57,465 bases of DNA from Candidatus Aminicenantes bacterium (GCA_011042725.1 DQWD01000338.1:1-57465), one strand, 5' to 3'; shown: positions 1 to 10,699, numbered from the stretch's first letter. Translations and numbers: made by a program. Notes: generated from the letters alone by a model not told the origin.

Positions 1-106
1 GCTTTTCTCTCTTCGGCGCAGGAATTTCCTGTTGATCTATATTTCACCTTTAACCTGGACATAAGTTTCTAATATACCCTAATCAACCAGGAAAATTAAG
101 GCTCTT

Positions 107-1150
107 TTATTCTTCTGCTTGACGGTCTTGATAATAACTTTGATAAAAACGGCGATAATCTAAGCTTTTTTCCTTGATTTTCCGCCACCATTCTTCATGG
201 TGGGTATACCAGTTGACTGTCCTTTGCAAGCCTTCATCAAAAGACACCTGGGGCTGCCACCCTAAACTTTTAATTTTCCCCCAATCCAGAGCATAGCGAA
301 GATCATGCCCGGGGCGGTCTTTGACCAGCCTGATCAAGCTTTCGGGTTTTCCCAGCAGCTGGGTAATCTTGCGGGCTACTTCAATATTAGGGACTTCATT
401 ACCAGATCCGATGTTATAAACTTCCCCCGGAATTCCTTTTATCATCACCATCTCCAGAGCCCGGCAATGATCCTCGACAAAAAGCCAATCCCGAACATTG
501 GTCCCCCTTCCATAGAGAGGAAGAGGTTTCTCCTCCAAAGCATTGGTGATAAAAAGAGGGATAAACTTTTCTGGATATTGATAGGGACCATAATTGTTAC
601 TCGGCCGGACAATCATCACTGGTTGATGATAAGTGACCCAGTAGGCATAAGCCAACCGGTCGGCCCCGGCTTTACTGGCCGAATAGGGAGAAGAAGGATG
701 CAGAGGGTCATCTTCGGAAAAACATCCTGTCTCTCGACTTCCATAGACCTCATCCGTTGAAACATGAAGGAAAAATTCCAACTGATTATGGCGAGCTACA
801 TCAAGAAGAACAAAAGTGCCAAAAACATCGGTTAAAACAAACTCCCCGGCATCAAGGATAGAACGATCAACATGAGTTTCCGCCGCTAAATGAACTACGG
901 CATCAACACGAGGCATTATCTTTTCCACTAACTCACGGTCTCGAATATCGCCTTGAATAAATTCGTAACGAGGATCATTTTCCACGTCGCGCAAATTATC
1001 CAAATTGCCAGCATAAGTCAGTTTATCAAGATTAATTATTCTAAGGTCAGAATATTCCTGGAGAAGAAAATGAATAAGATTACTCCCGATAAACCCCGCT
1101 CCGCCAGTAATTAGTAACTTCTTGCCCGCCAGAGATCTTCCCTCAGCCAT
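107..1150 (-). CDS. rfbB: dTDP-glucose 4,6-dehydratase
   Basis: Motifs ITGGAGFIGSN, HLAAETHVDRS, STDEVYG, YSASK and RPSNNYGP. Start moved from the track's 1219 to ATG 1150 (MAEG), which has a GGAGAAGG-type RBS and overlaps the rfbC stop. Confidence 0.95.
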   Translation of the reverse strand: MAEGRSLAGKKLLITGGAGFIGSNLIHFLLQEYSDLRIINLDKLTYAGNLDNLRDVENDPRYEFIQGDIRDRELVEKIMPRVDAVVHLAAETHVDRSILDAGEFVLTDVFGTFVLLDVARHNQLEFFLHVSTDEVYGSRETGCFSEDDPLHPSSPYSASKAGADRLAYAYWVTYHQPVMIVRPSNNYGPYQYPEKFIPLFITNALEEKPLPLYGRGTNVRDWLFVEDHCRALEMVMIKGIPGEVYNIGSGNEVPNIEVARKITQLLGKPESLIRLVKDRPGHDLRYALDWGKIKSLGWQPQVSFDEGLQRTVNWYTHHEEWWRKIKEKSLDYRRFYQSYYQDRQAEE

Positions 1151-1604
1151 CTTTCCTTCTCCAATCGTAAGGAATATCATTCTGGTGGGGATCCAACCGA
1201 TATTCATCAGGTTTCTCATAATTATAGACCTCGGTCGGTATGTTGATAACCATGGCCTCCTCCTGGCTCACGCACATCCATCCATGATAAACTCCCGGCG
1301 GAACCTGAATTAAAAGGGGATTATGGACTCCTAAATAAAATTGATTCACTTCTCCCTTGGTCGCTGACTCCGGGCGAGAGTCATAGAGAGCCAGCTTGAT
1401 CATCCCTTGAACACAGGCAATATTGTCAGTTTGTTGTCGATGGAGATGCCAAGCTTTAACCACTCCCGGGTAAGTCGTCGTCATATAGACTTGCCCAAAC
1501 TTCTGAAACAGCTTATCGTCTGAGCGAAGAATTTCCATCAAGCGCCCTCGCTCGTCGGGAATGACCCTCAATTTTTTGACATATACTCCCTCAATCATCT
1601 TCAC
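1143..1604 (-). CDS. rfbC: dTDP-4-dehydrorhamnose 3,5-epimerase family (RmlC-like cupin)
   Basis: Motifs IPDERG, GVVKAWHLH and PPGVYHGW; lies between the thymidylyltransferase and dehydratase genes. Confidence 0.88.
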   Translation of the reverse strand: MKMIEGVYVKKLRVIPDERGRLMEILRSDDKLFQKFGQVYMTTTYPGVVKAWHLHRQQTDNIACVQGMIKLALYDSRPESATKGEVNQFYLGVHNPLLIQVPPGVYHGWMCVSQEEAMVINIPTEVYNYEKPDEYRLDPHQNDIPYDWRRKDG

Positions 1605-1622
1605 TCCTTTGCTTCGAAATTA

Positions 1623-2687
1623 TTATTTAAGTCCCACCTCACTCTTTTCTCCCAGCACAAAACGATAAACCTGAGGTTTCGCCTCGCCTCGGTAAACCTT
1701 AACGCCGCGGCCAATTAAACTATCGTCAATTCGACCTCCGATATCGGCAATCTCACTTCCTTCCAAGATGATACTATGCTCAATTTCCGTCCGCACCAAG
1801 CGACAATTGGCCTGAATCGAAGTGAAGGGACCAATATAAGAATCAATTATCCTGGTGTTCTGACCAATAACCGCCGGACCTCGCACCACGCTGCGGACCA
1901 CCTTGGCTCCTTTCTCCAAAATCACCTGGCCATTGAGGCGAGACTCGCCATCCACAACGCCTTCAATTTTTCCTTCGATAGATTCTAAGATGAGGCGATT
2001 GGCTTCTAAAAGATCTTCGATCTTGCCCGTATCCTTCCACCAACCAGAGACAATATGGGGCTGAACACGATAACCATGATCGACTAGATACTGGATGGCA
2101 TCCGTAATTTCCAGTTCACCTCGCCAAGAAGGCTTAATTGTTTTAGCGGCCTCAAAAATATAGTGATCGAACATATAAACTCCCACTAAAGCCAGGTTAC
2201 TGCGGGGTTGTTTGGGTTTCTCCACAAGGCGAATAACTTGCCCATCTTTTAATTCCGCCACCCCAAACATCTGGGGATTAGGCACTTCGGTAAGGAGGAT
2301 AAGAGCATTGGGTTTTTGATCTTGAAACTCTTGCACTAAAGACTTAATCCCGCTTTTGAGGATATTATCGCCGAGGTACATGACAAAGGGGGTTTGACCC
2401 AAATAGTCCTCGGCCACCAAAACCGCATGAGCTAAGCCCAAAGGGGCTTCTTGCTCGATATAAGTTAATTTAACTCCCCACTGCCGACCATCTCCGGCTG
2501 CTTCGATGATTTCATCCTTGGTATCCCCGACGACAATACCAATATCCTCAATTCCCGCTTCTTGCAAAGCTTCAATCCCATAGAAAAGAACTGGTTTATT
2601 GGCTACTGGCACTAATTGCTTGGCTTGCGTAAAAGTAATCGGTCGTAGCCGGGTGCCTTGGCCACCACTCAAGATTAAACCTTTCAT
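1623..2687 (-). CDS. rfbA: Glucose-1-phosphate thymidylyltransferase, long form with C-terminal hexapeptide-repeat region
   Basis: Motifs GLILSGGQGTRLRP, KQLVPVANKP, YLGDN and RGELEITDAI. Start is either ATG 2687 or ATG 2717, which overlaps the lptD stop. Confidence 0.93.
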   Translation of the reverse strand: MKGLILSGGQGTRLRPITFTQAKQLVPVANKPVLFYGIEALQEAGIEDIGIVVGDTKDEIIEAAGDGRQWGVKLTYIEQEAPLGLAHAVLVAEDYLGQTPFVMYLGDNILKSGIKSLVQEFQDQKPNALILLTEVPNPQMFGVAELKDGQVIRLVEKPKQPRSNLALVGVYMFDHYIFEAAKTIKPSWRGELEITDAIQYLVDHGYRVQPHIVSGWWKDTGKIEDLLEANRLILESIEGKIEGVVDGESRLNGQVILEKGAKVVRSVVRGPAVIGQNTRIIDSYIGPFTSIQANCRLVRTEIEHSIILEGSEIADIGGRIDDSLIGRGVKVYRGEAKPQVYRFVLGEKSEVGLK

Positions 2688-2713
2688 CGGGATAGGGTCT
2701 CTGGTTGTTGATT

Positions 2714-4849
2714 TCATTGATTAATGCCCCCCAAAAAATCTGTTGATTTGCCGATATTACCCAGTCCAAAAGAAATCCGAAACTGAACCTCGGGTTTCTC
2801 CCGAAAATAAAATACTCGAAGATCGGCGATAAAATCAAGACATTGATAATGATAGGTAATCAAAGCTCCCAAGTAAAGAAGCTCTTTTTCCTGAAGGTTG
2901 AAATCAATCTGGCTTTGGGCCTCAAGAGAAAGAGATGGAATTTTCGCTCCTCCAGAAAATCCAATCTGGTGTCGATTAAATAAAGATTCTGGTCGAAAAG
3001 GATTAGAGCTTTTATACCAATTGAGGCGACAAAACCAATCATCCGTGGGAAGTCCCAAGCTAGCACTTACCCTGAGGCTGGAGAAAACATGATAATAAGG
3101 ATTAAATCCCGCCGAGAAGTCAAGACTCGTATTGCGGCCGGGATAAAAGCGCAGAAAGGCATTAATATCCGAAAAACGAGGGATTTCTCCCTCGACTCGA
3201 TAAAGCTGCAGAGGGCTTTCCTCTGGGGCTAGATAATAATTTTGAAAAATCCCCAAGGTAAATACTTCCCGAGGCATCCCACTCTGTTTAACCAGAAAGC
3301 GGTTAGTCAATCCGTAACGAAGATAATGATTGCGGAGAAAATAGTAAGTGGTAACAATTCTTTCTGAATCACTAATTGGACTTTCATAAACATAAGAGAA
3401 AGAGGGTTCAAAAATGTGTTTAAGATAGGGTTCCCCTCCTCGAAAATAAAGCCGGTAAAAAACCGGACCGATAATTTCCACGTTGCCCAGATAATTTTGG
3501 GTAAAGAGAGGTTCCGAGGTAACTTTTTTGGAATTGGGAGCATAGGTGTTGAAATAATAGTTGAACTTGGCTGACCCCGAGAGATTAACCGTCAACCAAG
3601 GGATTGACGAGAAAGGCACGCTCAAAGTAGGCTGAAAATTCAAGCTTTGAGATTTCTTTTGCTTTCCTTTTTCAAAGGCCGTCTGGTAACCATACTCCCA
3701 GCGAATAAAAGAAGAGCCGAAGGAAAAATACAAGGGACCCCAAATATTCATCCTGGTGGAACTAAAGTTTATCTGCGGCAAATAGTAACGAATCACCGAG
3801 TTGTCGAGCTGGCGAAAATAAGTCTCAAAACGAGAAGCTCTGACGCTTAAATTGTAATACGACCACGCTCGCGACAGATACACTTGAGAAGTCCGGTTGG
3901 AAATCAGAGCCCTCTTAAAATTGTTATCAAATTCCCGCAAGAAATCAAAAGAACTTTGATAATCGACATCAGCTACAAGGTTAAACTGGAAAGGTAAAGG
4001 TTGGTTGTGTTTAACTCGGATGATGTAAGCATTATCGGGATACCCCAGTTCTTCAGGAGCAGTAAAATGAAAACCAAACAATCGAACCTCGCCTCCGATC
4101 TCAGGAGAAAATAAATAGCGGTATTCTAATCCTCCCCCGAAACCTCGGGCTGAATAATAGTCAAAATTGAAAGTAGCATCCATGTTACGTCGGAGGGACC
4201 AGTAAAAACTCTGGGAAAAAGTGAGTCCCTTAACTCCCGAGTATCCTAATTGAGGAGTCAAAAAACCTGTTTTTCTTTCCTCTCCTAAAGGATAACGAAA
4301 GTAAGGCCAGTAAAATACTGGAATTTTTTTGAGACGAAATAAAGCCCCCCACATTTCAATATACTCATTTTTTTTAAAATTGGCCCTCGCACAGGAGAAG
4401 AGCCAGCGAGGAACAGGTTGGCTACAGGATGTGATCTGAGCCTGGGTGAGATGATAAACTTCGTTGAGATCTCTTTTAATTAACTCGGCTTGATAAAAAA
4501 TGGTAGGCTGAACCAAACCACGAACTTGGTGGAGCTCGCCAACTTTAGAGTCAAGGTTAAACTCTAGCCTTTCCGCGGAAATAACTTCCTGGGGGAAGTG
4601 AAGGACCACATGGCCCTCAGCTACCACATCTTTGGACTCGGTGTCCAGCTCAACCACATCGGCCATGAGTTTTAGGTTTTTATAATGGATTTCCACATTA
4701 CCCCGGGCGAAAATTCTAGTTTTAACTCGCTCGGTTTGATGGGCTATTATTTTTATCTCTTGGGATGAAAAACAAAAGACAACTTGGTTACTTAGCCAGA
4801 GCATGAACACTACCCCAACTAACAAACAAGAAAAAGAAGCCTTCCTCAT
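2714..4849 (-). CDS. lptD: LPS-assembly outer-membrane protein LptD (OstA)
   Basis: Signal peptide, N-terminal beta-jellyroll (ARGNVEI, AEGHVVL), RKTGFLTPQLGYS motif, aromatic-rich beta-barrel, YHYQC near the C-terminus. Confidence 0.88.
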   Translation of the reverse strand: MRKASFSCLLVGVVFMLWLSNQVVFCFSSQEIKIIAHQTERVKTRIFARGNVEIHYKNLKLMADVVELDTESKDVVAEGHVVLHFPQEVISAERLEFNLDSKVGELHQVRGLVQPTIFYQAELIKRDLNEVYHLTQAQITSCSQPVPRWLFSCARANFKKNEYIEMWGALFRLKKIPVFYWPYFRYPLGEERKTGFLTPQLGYSGVKGLTFSQSFYWSLRRNMDATFNFDYYSARGFGGGLEYRYLFSPEIGGEVRLFGFHFTAPEELGYPDNAYIIRVKHNQPLPFQFNLVADVDYQSSFDFLREFDNNFKRALISNRTSQVYLSRAWSYYNLSVRASRFETYFRQLDNSVIRYYLPQINFSSTRMNIWGPLYFSFGSSFIRWEYGYQTAFEKGKQKKSQSLNFQPTLSVPFSSIPWLTVNLSGSAKFNYYFNTYAPNSKKVTSEPLFTQNYLGNVEIIGPVFYRLYFRGGEPYLKHIFEPSFSYVYESPISDSERIVTTYYFLRNHYLRYGLTNRFLVKQSGMPREVFTLGIFQNYYLAPEESPLQLYRVEGEIPRFSDINAFLRFYPGRNTSLDFSAGFNPYYHVFSSLRVSASLGLPTDDWFCRLNWYKSSNPFRPESLFNRHQIGFSGGAKIPSLSLEAQSQIDFNLQEKELLYLGALITYHYQCLDFIADLRVFYFREKPEVQFRISFGLGNIGKSTDFLGGINQ

Positions 4850-4928
4850 TGTTTTTCCATACCCTTACTTCTTGGTCATCATCCCGACAAAGACCACTTT
4901 ACTCCTTGGGTCAAGGCTAAGCCCCGCC

Positions 4929-5690
4929 TCATTTTTTTATCTGACGCAAAAAATCTTCTACCCTAGCTTTTAATTCTGGACGCTTTATCTTCGGCAAAAG
5001 TTCCTCAAATAATTTACGCGCCCGGTCTTTTTCTCCGCAATTAACTAAGGCCACGCCTAAATTAACCGCCGCCACTTCATCTTCGGGGGCGAGTTTTAAA
5101 GCTTGCTCAAAACTTCTCACTGCTTCTCGATAGCGACCTAAGTGATTAAGAATGACTCCTTGGAGATTGTAGCCCTGGACTGACGGAGTTTCCGACAGGG
5201 TTTGATTGATAACCGTCAAAGCCTCCTCTAATCTTTGGCTCCCGTAAAGAGATTTGGCCCAAGAAAAACTCGCTTCTGGAGTTGGTTTGAGCTGATAAGA
5301 TTGGCGGTAAGCTTCTTGCGCCTTTTCTTTATCCCCCAACTCTTCGTAGGCCCGGCCTAACCCATAATAAGCCTCGGCCAATTGCGGATTTAAGGCGACA
5401 GCTTGCTGGTAATAACCGATGGCTTGGCTTAAATTCCCCTGGTCAAAATAGATTAAACCCAAGAGGTTATAAGCAGCCGAGTGTTCAGGGGCAAGCTCTA
5501 AAGTTCTTTGTAGATATTTTAAAGCTTCCTCAGGTAATCCATATCGATAAGCAACCACTGCTTTCTCATATTGATACTCCGGATCTAAGTCTCTGTTGTC
5601 ACTCTGTTTTTCTCCCGTCGTTGTGCAGCTGCTTAAGCTTAAAACCAAGACAAAAATCAATAACCCAACTTTCCAATAATTCATTATCAT
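4929..5690 (-). CDS. TPR-repeat lipoprotein (PilF/PilW-like)
   Basis: Lipobox LSLSS-C after a hydrophobic signal; repeated TPR motifs (AYNLLGLIY, AYYGLGRAY, YNLQGVIL, VNLGVAL). Confidence 0.85.
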   Translation of the reverse strand: MIMNYWKVGLLIFVLVLSLSSCTTTGEKQSDNRDLDPEYQYEKAVVAYRYGLPEEALKYLQRTLELAPEHSAAYNLLGLIYFDQGNLSQAIGYYQQAVALNPQLAEAYYGLGRAYEELGDKEKAQEAYRQSYQLKPTPEASFSWAKSLYGSQRLEEALTVINQTLSETPSVQGYNLQGVILNHLGRYREAVRSFEQALKLAPEDEVAAVNLGVALVNCGEKDRARKLFEELLPKIKRPELKARVEDFLRQIKK

Positions 5691-5746
5691 TCACCTTGTT
5701 TAATATTTATATCATATTCTTAGGCAATCATCACCTTTCGCATTAC

Positions 5747-5775
5747 TTGACAGAATATAATATTAAAGGAATAAT
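5747..5775 (+). promoter_or_regulatory. Candidate sigma70 promoter of the F0 operon
   Basis: TTGACA-N17-AATAAT about 35 nt upstream of atpZ; the -10 box is imperfect. Confidence 0.35.
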
Positions 5776-5810
5776 AACCGCATCTTTGGCGAAAACATCA
5801 GGCAATAATA

Positions 5811-6044
5811 ATGGGCTCACTCAAACCCAAGTGGCGTCGACTTGCCGAACTAAGTTCTCTAGGTTTAATCCTTCCCTCTTCGATTATCGTGGGACTCTTC
5901 TTCGGCTATTGGCTGGATAAATTATTCGGCACTCATCCATGGTTACTTTTGGTTTTTACTGTGTTAGGTATTGCCTCAGGTTTAATAAATTTATTGAGAG
6001 CAGTGCAAAAAATTAATAAAAACATGCCCCCTCATGAAGAATAA
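5811..6044 (+). CDS. atpZ: AtpZ/AtpI family small membrane protein (ATPase gene 1)
   Basis: IVGLFFGYWLDKLFGTHPWLLLVF pattern with two transmembrane helices; first gene before atpB. Confidence 0.85.
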   Translation: MGSLKPKWRRLAELSSLGLILPSSIIVGLFFGYWLDKLFGTHPWLLLVFTVLGIASGLINLLRAVQKINKNMPPHEE

Positions 6045-6140
6045 TGCTGGCCCCTATTTATTCCTTGATGGATTACGCTGAAAAAAAAGACTAATATACC
6101 TTTTAATAGATTTTAAAAGATATTTTAAAGGGTTAAATCA

Positions 6141-6551
6141 ATGGATAAAACAAAAATCTCCCCCAACGGAATTGAACAAACCATCCTCAGGAGGATTCCT
6201 TTAGAGATCACCGCAGTTTCTTCTCTTCTATCTCTTCCCGCTTATCTTCTCTTTGACTTCACCACGGCCTATCTTTTCTGGCTTGGAGGCTTACTCGGAG
6301 CTCTCAGTTTTTGGAGCCTGAAAGCCTCTCTGACCAAAACCCTAGCTAATCTAAACCAACAGAAAACTATTCGCCTTTCTCTTTTTTGGTATATCATGCG
6401 CCTGTTATTGATTGTCCTCGTCTTTTTTATTATAATTTTGGTTTATCAAAAAAGGGTCCTAGCTTTTGCCCTTGGTTTCTCGCTATTATTGCTGGTCATC
6501 ATGATCGAAGCTATTTATGGACTTATTAGCCAGAGAAAATGGAAGAATTAG
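6141..6551 (+). CDS. atpI: ATP synthase protein I
   Basis: Four hydrophobic segments; lies between atpZ and atpB and overlaps the atpB start. Confidence 0.75.
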   Translation: MDKTKISPNGIEQTILRRIPLEITAVSSLLSLPAYLLFDFTTAYLFWLGGLLGALSFWSLKASLTKTLANLNQQKTIRLSLFWYIMRLLLIVLVFFIIILVYQKRVLAFALGFSLLLLVIMIEAIYGLISQRKWKN

Positions 6552-7285
6552 AACATACTCTGTTTATTGTTGAGATAATTAATCGCTATCTCGGCCAACC
6601 TTTAGCTTCGTTGTTATCGGCACTGGGATTGCACGTTGCTCACCCGGAGCATCTTTTTCCTGATTACCTGGTGATGGTTATCATCGTTGCCCTGTTTCTA
6701 GTTCTCTTTTTCAGCCTTGCTTCCCGCCACTTAACCATCATTCCCAATAAAAAACAGAGCTTTCTGGAAATGGGCATCGAACTTTTTGAGGGACTTCTAG
6801 AGGACACCGTGGGAGAAGGAGGTCGTAAATACTTGCCCGTTATTGCCACGGTAGGCCTTTTTATTTTCTTCTCCAATTTATTAGGGCTAGTACCAGGATT
6901 GATGTCGCCAACCAGCAAACTTAATGTCACGGTTGGATGCGCTCTGGTTGTCTTCGTTTATTACCATTGGGAGGGAATAAAAAGTCAAGGCCTCCTGCGC
7001 TACCTTAAACATTTTACCGGACCTATCCCTCTTTTGGCTCCTTTGTTGCTACCCATCGAAATAATCAGCCATTTTTCCCGTCCTGTTTCTCTTTCTATTC
7101 GACTTTTCGGGAACATTTTTGCCGAAGAATTACTCATCGTGATTATCGCTTCAATCATGCCCTTCTTTCTCCCGCTTCCGTTTATGGCTATTGCTATTTT
7201 TACCTCGGTTATTCAGGCCTTTGTTTTTGTTCTGTTGGCCTGTATATATATTGCTGGCGCTGTTGCTCACGAAGAAGAACATTAA
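6539..7285 (+). CDS. atpB: F0F1 ATP synthase subunit a
   Basis: FSNLLGLVPG, SRPVSLSIRLFGN (essential Arg) and IQAFVF motifs. Confidence 0.96.
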   Translation: MEELEHTLFIVEIINRYLGQPLASLLSALGLHVAHPEHLFPDYLVMVIIVALFLVLFFSLASRHLTIIPNKKQSFLEMGIELFEGLLEDTVGEGGRKYLPVIATVGLFIFFSNLLGLVPGLMSPTSKLNVTVGCALVVFVYYHWEGIKSQGLLRYLKHFTGPIPLLAPLLLPIEIISHFSRPVSLSIRLFGNIFAEELLIVIIASIMPFFLPLPFMAIAIFTSVIQAFVFVLLACIYIAGAVAHEEEH

Positions 7286-7300
7286 ATTTAGGAGGAAAAT

Positions 7301-7639
7301 ATGACTAAAAATGGGAAATTATTTCTCTTAACCATTTTTCTCTGTCTTCTGTTTGCCTCTCCTTCTCTAGCTCAATCCCCGGAGGGAGGCAAAACTCCTC
7401 TTTTTCAATGGTCCATTATTATTGGTGGAGCCATCATAACCCTTGCCTCAGCGGCGGGAGCTCTCTCCCAAGCCAAGGCCATTAGTAGTGCGGTCGAAGG
7501 TATTTCCCGCAATCCCGGGGCCGCTCCCCACATCCGTTTCCTGCTCATCTTCGGCCTGGTTCTTATTGAAACTTTGGTTATCTACGCCTTGCTAATCTCC
7601 ATTATTATCCTCATGGTCCAATGGGGTAAGTACGTTTAA
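7301..7639 (+). CDS. atpE: F0F1 ATP synthase subunit c with N-terminal signal-like extension
   Basis: RNP loop (ISRNPGA), essential Glu in LIETLVIY, strong AGGAGG RBS. Confidence 0.93.
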   Translation: MTKNGKLFLLTIFLCLLFASPSLAQSPEGGKTPLFQWSIIIGGAIITLASAAGALSQAKAISSAVEGISRNPGAAPHIRFLLIFGLVLIETLVIYALLISIIILMVQWGKYV

Positions 7640-7675
7640 ATTAGCTGAGGAAATGTCCCTTTGCCTTGATTATCC

Positions 7676-8584
7676 GTGCGAAACATAAACGATTCGTTTT
7701 CCTGGCTGCTCAATCAAGCCAAACAGCTAGTTAATCTCATCAAGATTACCATCAGGAGATTCAATGAGGATCGATGTGGGAATTTTGCCATTACTATTTC
7801 TTACTTTACCCTGTTATGTTCGGTTCCTTTAGTTGCTCTTTTTGCCTACATGTCCACCAAGTTACTGGGAAATTCCGAGCTAGCTTTTCGGAGCCTCAAT
7901 ATCTTTTCCGACGAATTCTTTGCTAAACTTGACCCGTATTTCTTCCAGCGGATTCAGGCTGTCTCTAAAAATATAACTAATCTTGGGTGGTTTGGTTTAA
8001 TCGGTTCATTGGTCGCCGCTAGTTTCTTGTTTTCCAATTTGATTTTCGCCATCAACTTCATCTTCAAGGCCACTTACCAAAAATCATTCGTCTACAATCG
8101 TTTGATGGAATACATGATTATGTTTATCATCGGGATAATTCTCTTAATTTCTCTCTCGATTACCGCCATCTGGACCGCCATCCATCGCACTATCCGGGAA
8201 AGCCCATTTGTCGCTACCCACATCAATCCCAAAATTGTTTCCTTGATCGACAACTTTTTTCTCCAATACTTAATCCCTTTCACCTTGACTTTCTTGGTCT
8301 TCTTTTCCCTGTACAAATTCATTCCCGAAATTAAAGTTCACACCCGAGCCGCTGTCATTGCCGCCGGAGTAGCCGCTTTACTTTGGGAAGTCTTCAAAAG
8401 ACTCTTTGCTTTTTACGTGGCTCATATATCGGCCATCGGTATCGTTCTTTCCAAACTATTACAAGGAACTCTAACATCAATTATTTTCTTCTTACTTTGG
8501 ATATCATTTTCTCTGGTCATCCTTTTGTGGGGAGCTGAATTGGCCGCGGTGCTCAACGAAAGGATTCACCAACAACATGCCTAA
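7676..8584 (+). CDS. YihY/virulence factor BrkB family membrane protein
   Basis: [17 protein letters not shown] and LWGAELAA motifs; multiple transmembrane helices; GTG start. Confidence 0.85.
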   Translation: MRNINDSFSWLLNQAKQLVNLIKITIRRFNEDRCGNFAITISYFTLLCSVPLVALFAYMSTKLLGNSELAFRSLNIFSDEFFAKLDPYFFQRIQAVSKNITNLGWFGLIGSLVAASFLFSNLIFAINFIFKATYQKSFVYNRLMEYMIMFIIGIILLISLSITAIWTAIHRTIRESPFVATHINPKIVSLIDNFFLQYLIPFTLTFLVFFSLYKFIPEIKVHTRAAVIAAGVAALLWEVFKRLFAFYVAHISAIGIVLSKLLQGTLTSIIFFLLWISFSLVILLWGAELAAVLNERIHQQHA

Positions 8585-9656
8585 ATCATCACGTTTTAAA
8601 GCCATTACCCTCAGGGAATTGGCGAAGCAGCTAGGCCTTCCCTACGAAGGCCCAGGAGATGTGCTGATTAAAGGAGCTGCTAGTTTGACTACGGCCAAGC
8701 CTGGCGATCTCGTCTTCCTGAGCGAGAAAAAATTGAGGCCTTTTCTCCATCAGACACAAGCTGCCGCCGCTATCATTCCTGAAGACGAGGCCTCTCCTTC
8801 TCTCCCTATTATTCGTTCCCCTCACCCTTATCGTAGCTTCGTCCGGGCTCTCCAGATCGTCTTTCAACCTTATCAACCCCAACCAGGAGTGCATCCGAGC
8901 GCCATTATTCATCCTCAGGCCAAATTAGGACCAGAGGTGTCCATTGGGGCGGGTTGTGTCATTGGAGCTAATGTGACCATCGGGCCAAAAACTATCCTCT
9001 TCCCCTTGGTGGTCATTTATCCCGATGTCTCTATCGGCCAGGAATGTCTAATTCACTCTTTGGTGACCATCAGAGAAGACACTCAAATTGGTAATCGTGT
9101 CGTAATTCAGCCTGGCGCTGTAATCGGAGCTGATGGATTTGGTCTCCTCCAAGACGAAAAAGGCCAATCCATCCCTATCCCCCAGGTTGGAAAAGTTATC
9201 ATTGAAGACAATGTCGAGATCGGGGCTAACACCACCATCGACCGGGCTGCTTTAGAGACAACTCGTATCGGCCCCGGAGTTAAGATTGACAACTTAGTTC
9301 AAATTGCCCATAACGTACTTATCGGTGCCGACTCGATCATTGCCGCCCAAACGGGAATTGCTGGCAGTACGGAGGTTGGCCAACGGGTTATCATGGGCGG
9401 CCAAGTGGGACTAAGTGATCATCTCAAAATTGGTGACGATGTGTTAATCGCGGCTAAATCGGGGGTCACCAAAAGTGTGCCTGATAAAGCTAAAATTGCC
9501 GGTTCTCCCCACTTAAATATCATGGACTGGCGAAAAGTCTGGGTGACTGTTCCTCAACTCTACGATCTCCTAAAAAAATTTAAACGTCTTCAACGCCAGG
9601 TGGAGGCACTAGAAAAAATAATATCTCAATCAAAAAAGTCTACTCCAGACGACTAA
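8577..9656 (+). CDS. lpxD: UDP-3-O-(3-hydroxymyristoyl)glucosamine N-acyltransferase
   Basis: [17 protein letters not shown] and [12 protein letters not shown] motifs plus hexapeptide repeats. Confidence 0.96.
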   Translation: MPKSSRFKAITLRELAKQLGLPYEGPGDVLIKGAASLTTAKPGDLVFLSEKKLRPFLHQTQAAAAIIPEDEASPSLPIIRSPHPYRSFVRALQIVFQPYQPQPGVHPSAIIHPQAKLGPEVSIGAGCVIGANVTIGPKTILFPLVVIYPDVSIGQECLIHSLVTIREDTQIGNRVVIQPGAVIGADGFGLLQDEKGQSIPIPQVGKVIIEDNVEIGANTTIDRAALETTRIGPGVKIDNLVQIAHNVLIGADSIIAAQTGIAGSTEVGQRVIMGGQVGLSDHLKIGDDVLIAAKSGVTKSVPDKAKIAGSPHLNIMDWRKVWVTVPQLYDLLKKFKRLQRQVEALEKIISQSKKSTPDD

Positions 9657-10563
9657 GATATTCTTCCACTGCTAAAGCTGCCGCCACCCCGGAACCAGAG
9701 GCAGTGGCTACTTGCTTGGGGCAAGCATCAGTAACATCACCGGCCGCAAATAGGCCCGGCTGGGAAGTTTGCATCTGGAAAGAAACTTTTATTTCCCCAT
9801 ATTCATTCAACTCCAAAATTCCCCTTAAAAATTCTGTATTAGGATCCATTCCAATCGAAATGAACAATCCATCCAGCCTCAATTCTGATTCTAATTGGTT
9901 TTGGCGATTATAAAGAATGATCTTTTCCAACCGTTTTTGGCCAACTATTTCTTTAACCACCGAATTCCACAAAACTTCTATTTTAGAATTGGCCAAAACT
10001 CTTTCCTGAAGAATTTTAATGCCTCGAAATTTATTCCGGCGATGAATCAAATAAACTTTCTGCGCAAACTTAGTCAGAAAAAGAGCTTCTTCCAAAGCAT
10101 TATCTCCCCCCCCAACTACTCCCACGACTTTATCTTTAAAGAAAGCTCCGTCACACGTGGCACAGTAGGAAACACCCTTACCGGTCAATTCCACTTCTCC
10201 CTTGACTCCCAAATGGCGATAAATGGAACCAGCAGCAATGATCACGGCCTTAGTGTCGTATTCATCTTCATGTCCCTTAACCTTCCAACCTCTCCCTGCC
10301 CGAGAAATACTTTTGACTTCATCCCTTTTAAATTCCGCTCCAAATTTCTCGGCCTGCTGCCTGAATTTTTCCATCAATTCAAAGGGAGCTATCCCGTCGG
10401 GAAAACCGGGATAATTTTCTATCCAGTCGGTGAGTAAAATCTGCCCTCCGGGAATTCCTTTTTCCAACACCACCGTTTTGCGGCGAGCCCGGCCAGCATA
10501 AATAGCTGCCGCCAGGCCGGCTGGCCCTGCTCCGATAATGACAATTTCATATTTGGGTTCCAT
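9640..10563 (-). CDS. trxB: Thioredoxin-disulfide reductase
   Basis: [22 protein letters not shown] (CxxC), GGGDNA and FAAGDV motifs. Confidence 0.96.
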   Translation of the reverse strand: MEPKYEIVIIGAGPAGLAAAIYAGRARRKTVVLEKGIPGGQILLTDWIENYPGFPDGIAPFELMEKFRQQAEKFGAEFKRDEVKSISRAGRGWKVKGHEDEYDTKAVIIAAGSIYRHLGVKGEVELTGKGVSYCATCDGAFFKDKVVGVVGGGDNALEEALFLTKFAQKVYLIHRRNKFRGIKILQERVLANSKIEVLWNSVVKEIVGQKRLEKIILYNRQNQLESELRLDGLFISIGMDPNTEFLRGILELNEYGEIKVSFQMQTSQPGLFAAGDVTDACPKQVATASGSGVAAALAVEEYLSRLE

Positions 10564-10699
10564 TTTTTCCTCTTCCTACTTACCTAAGATCATTCAAAGT
10601 TTTTTATTTTACCATAATTAGCCCTTAACCAAAAAATGCTTTCCTTAATGATATTCAGGGCTGGGGTAAGAAATGGTTAATTAGCAGCCCGGCCGACTT

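Noticed and set aside
1-62. Possible start of a minus-strand gene leaving the window (MSRLKVKYRSTGNS...)
   Set aside because: Only about 20 codons are visible; it cannot be identified or confirmed.
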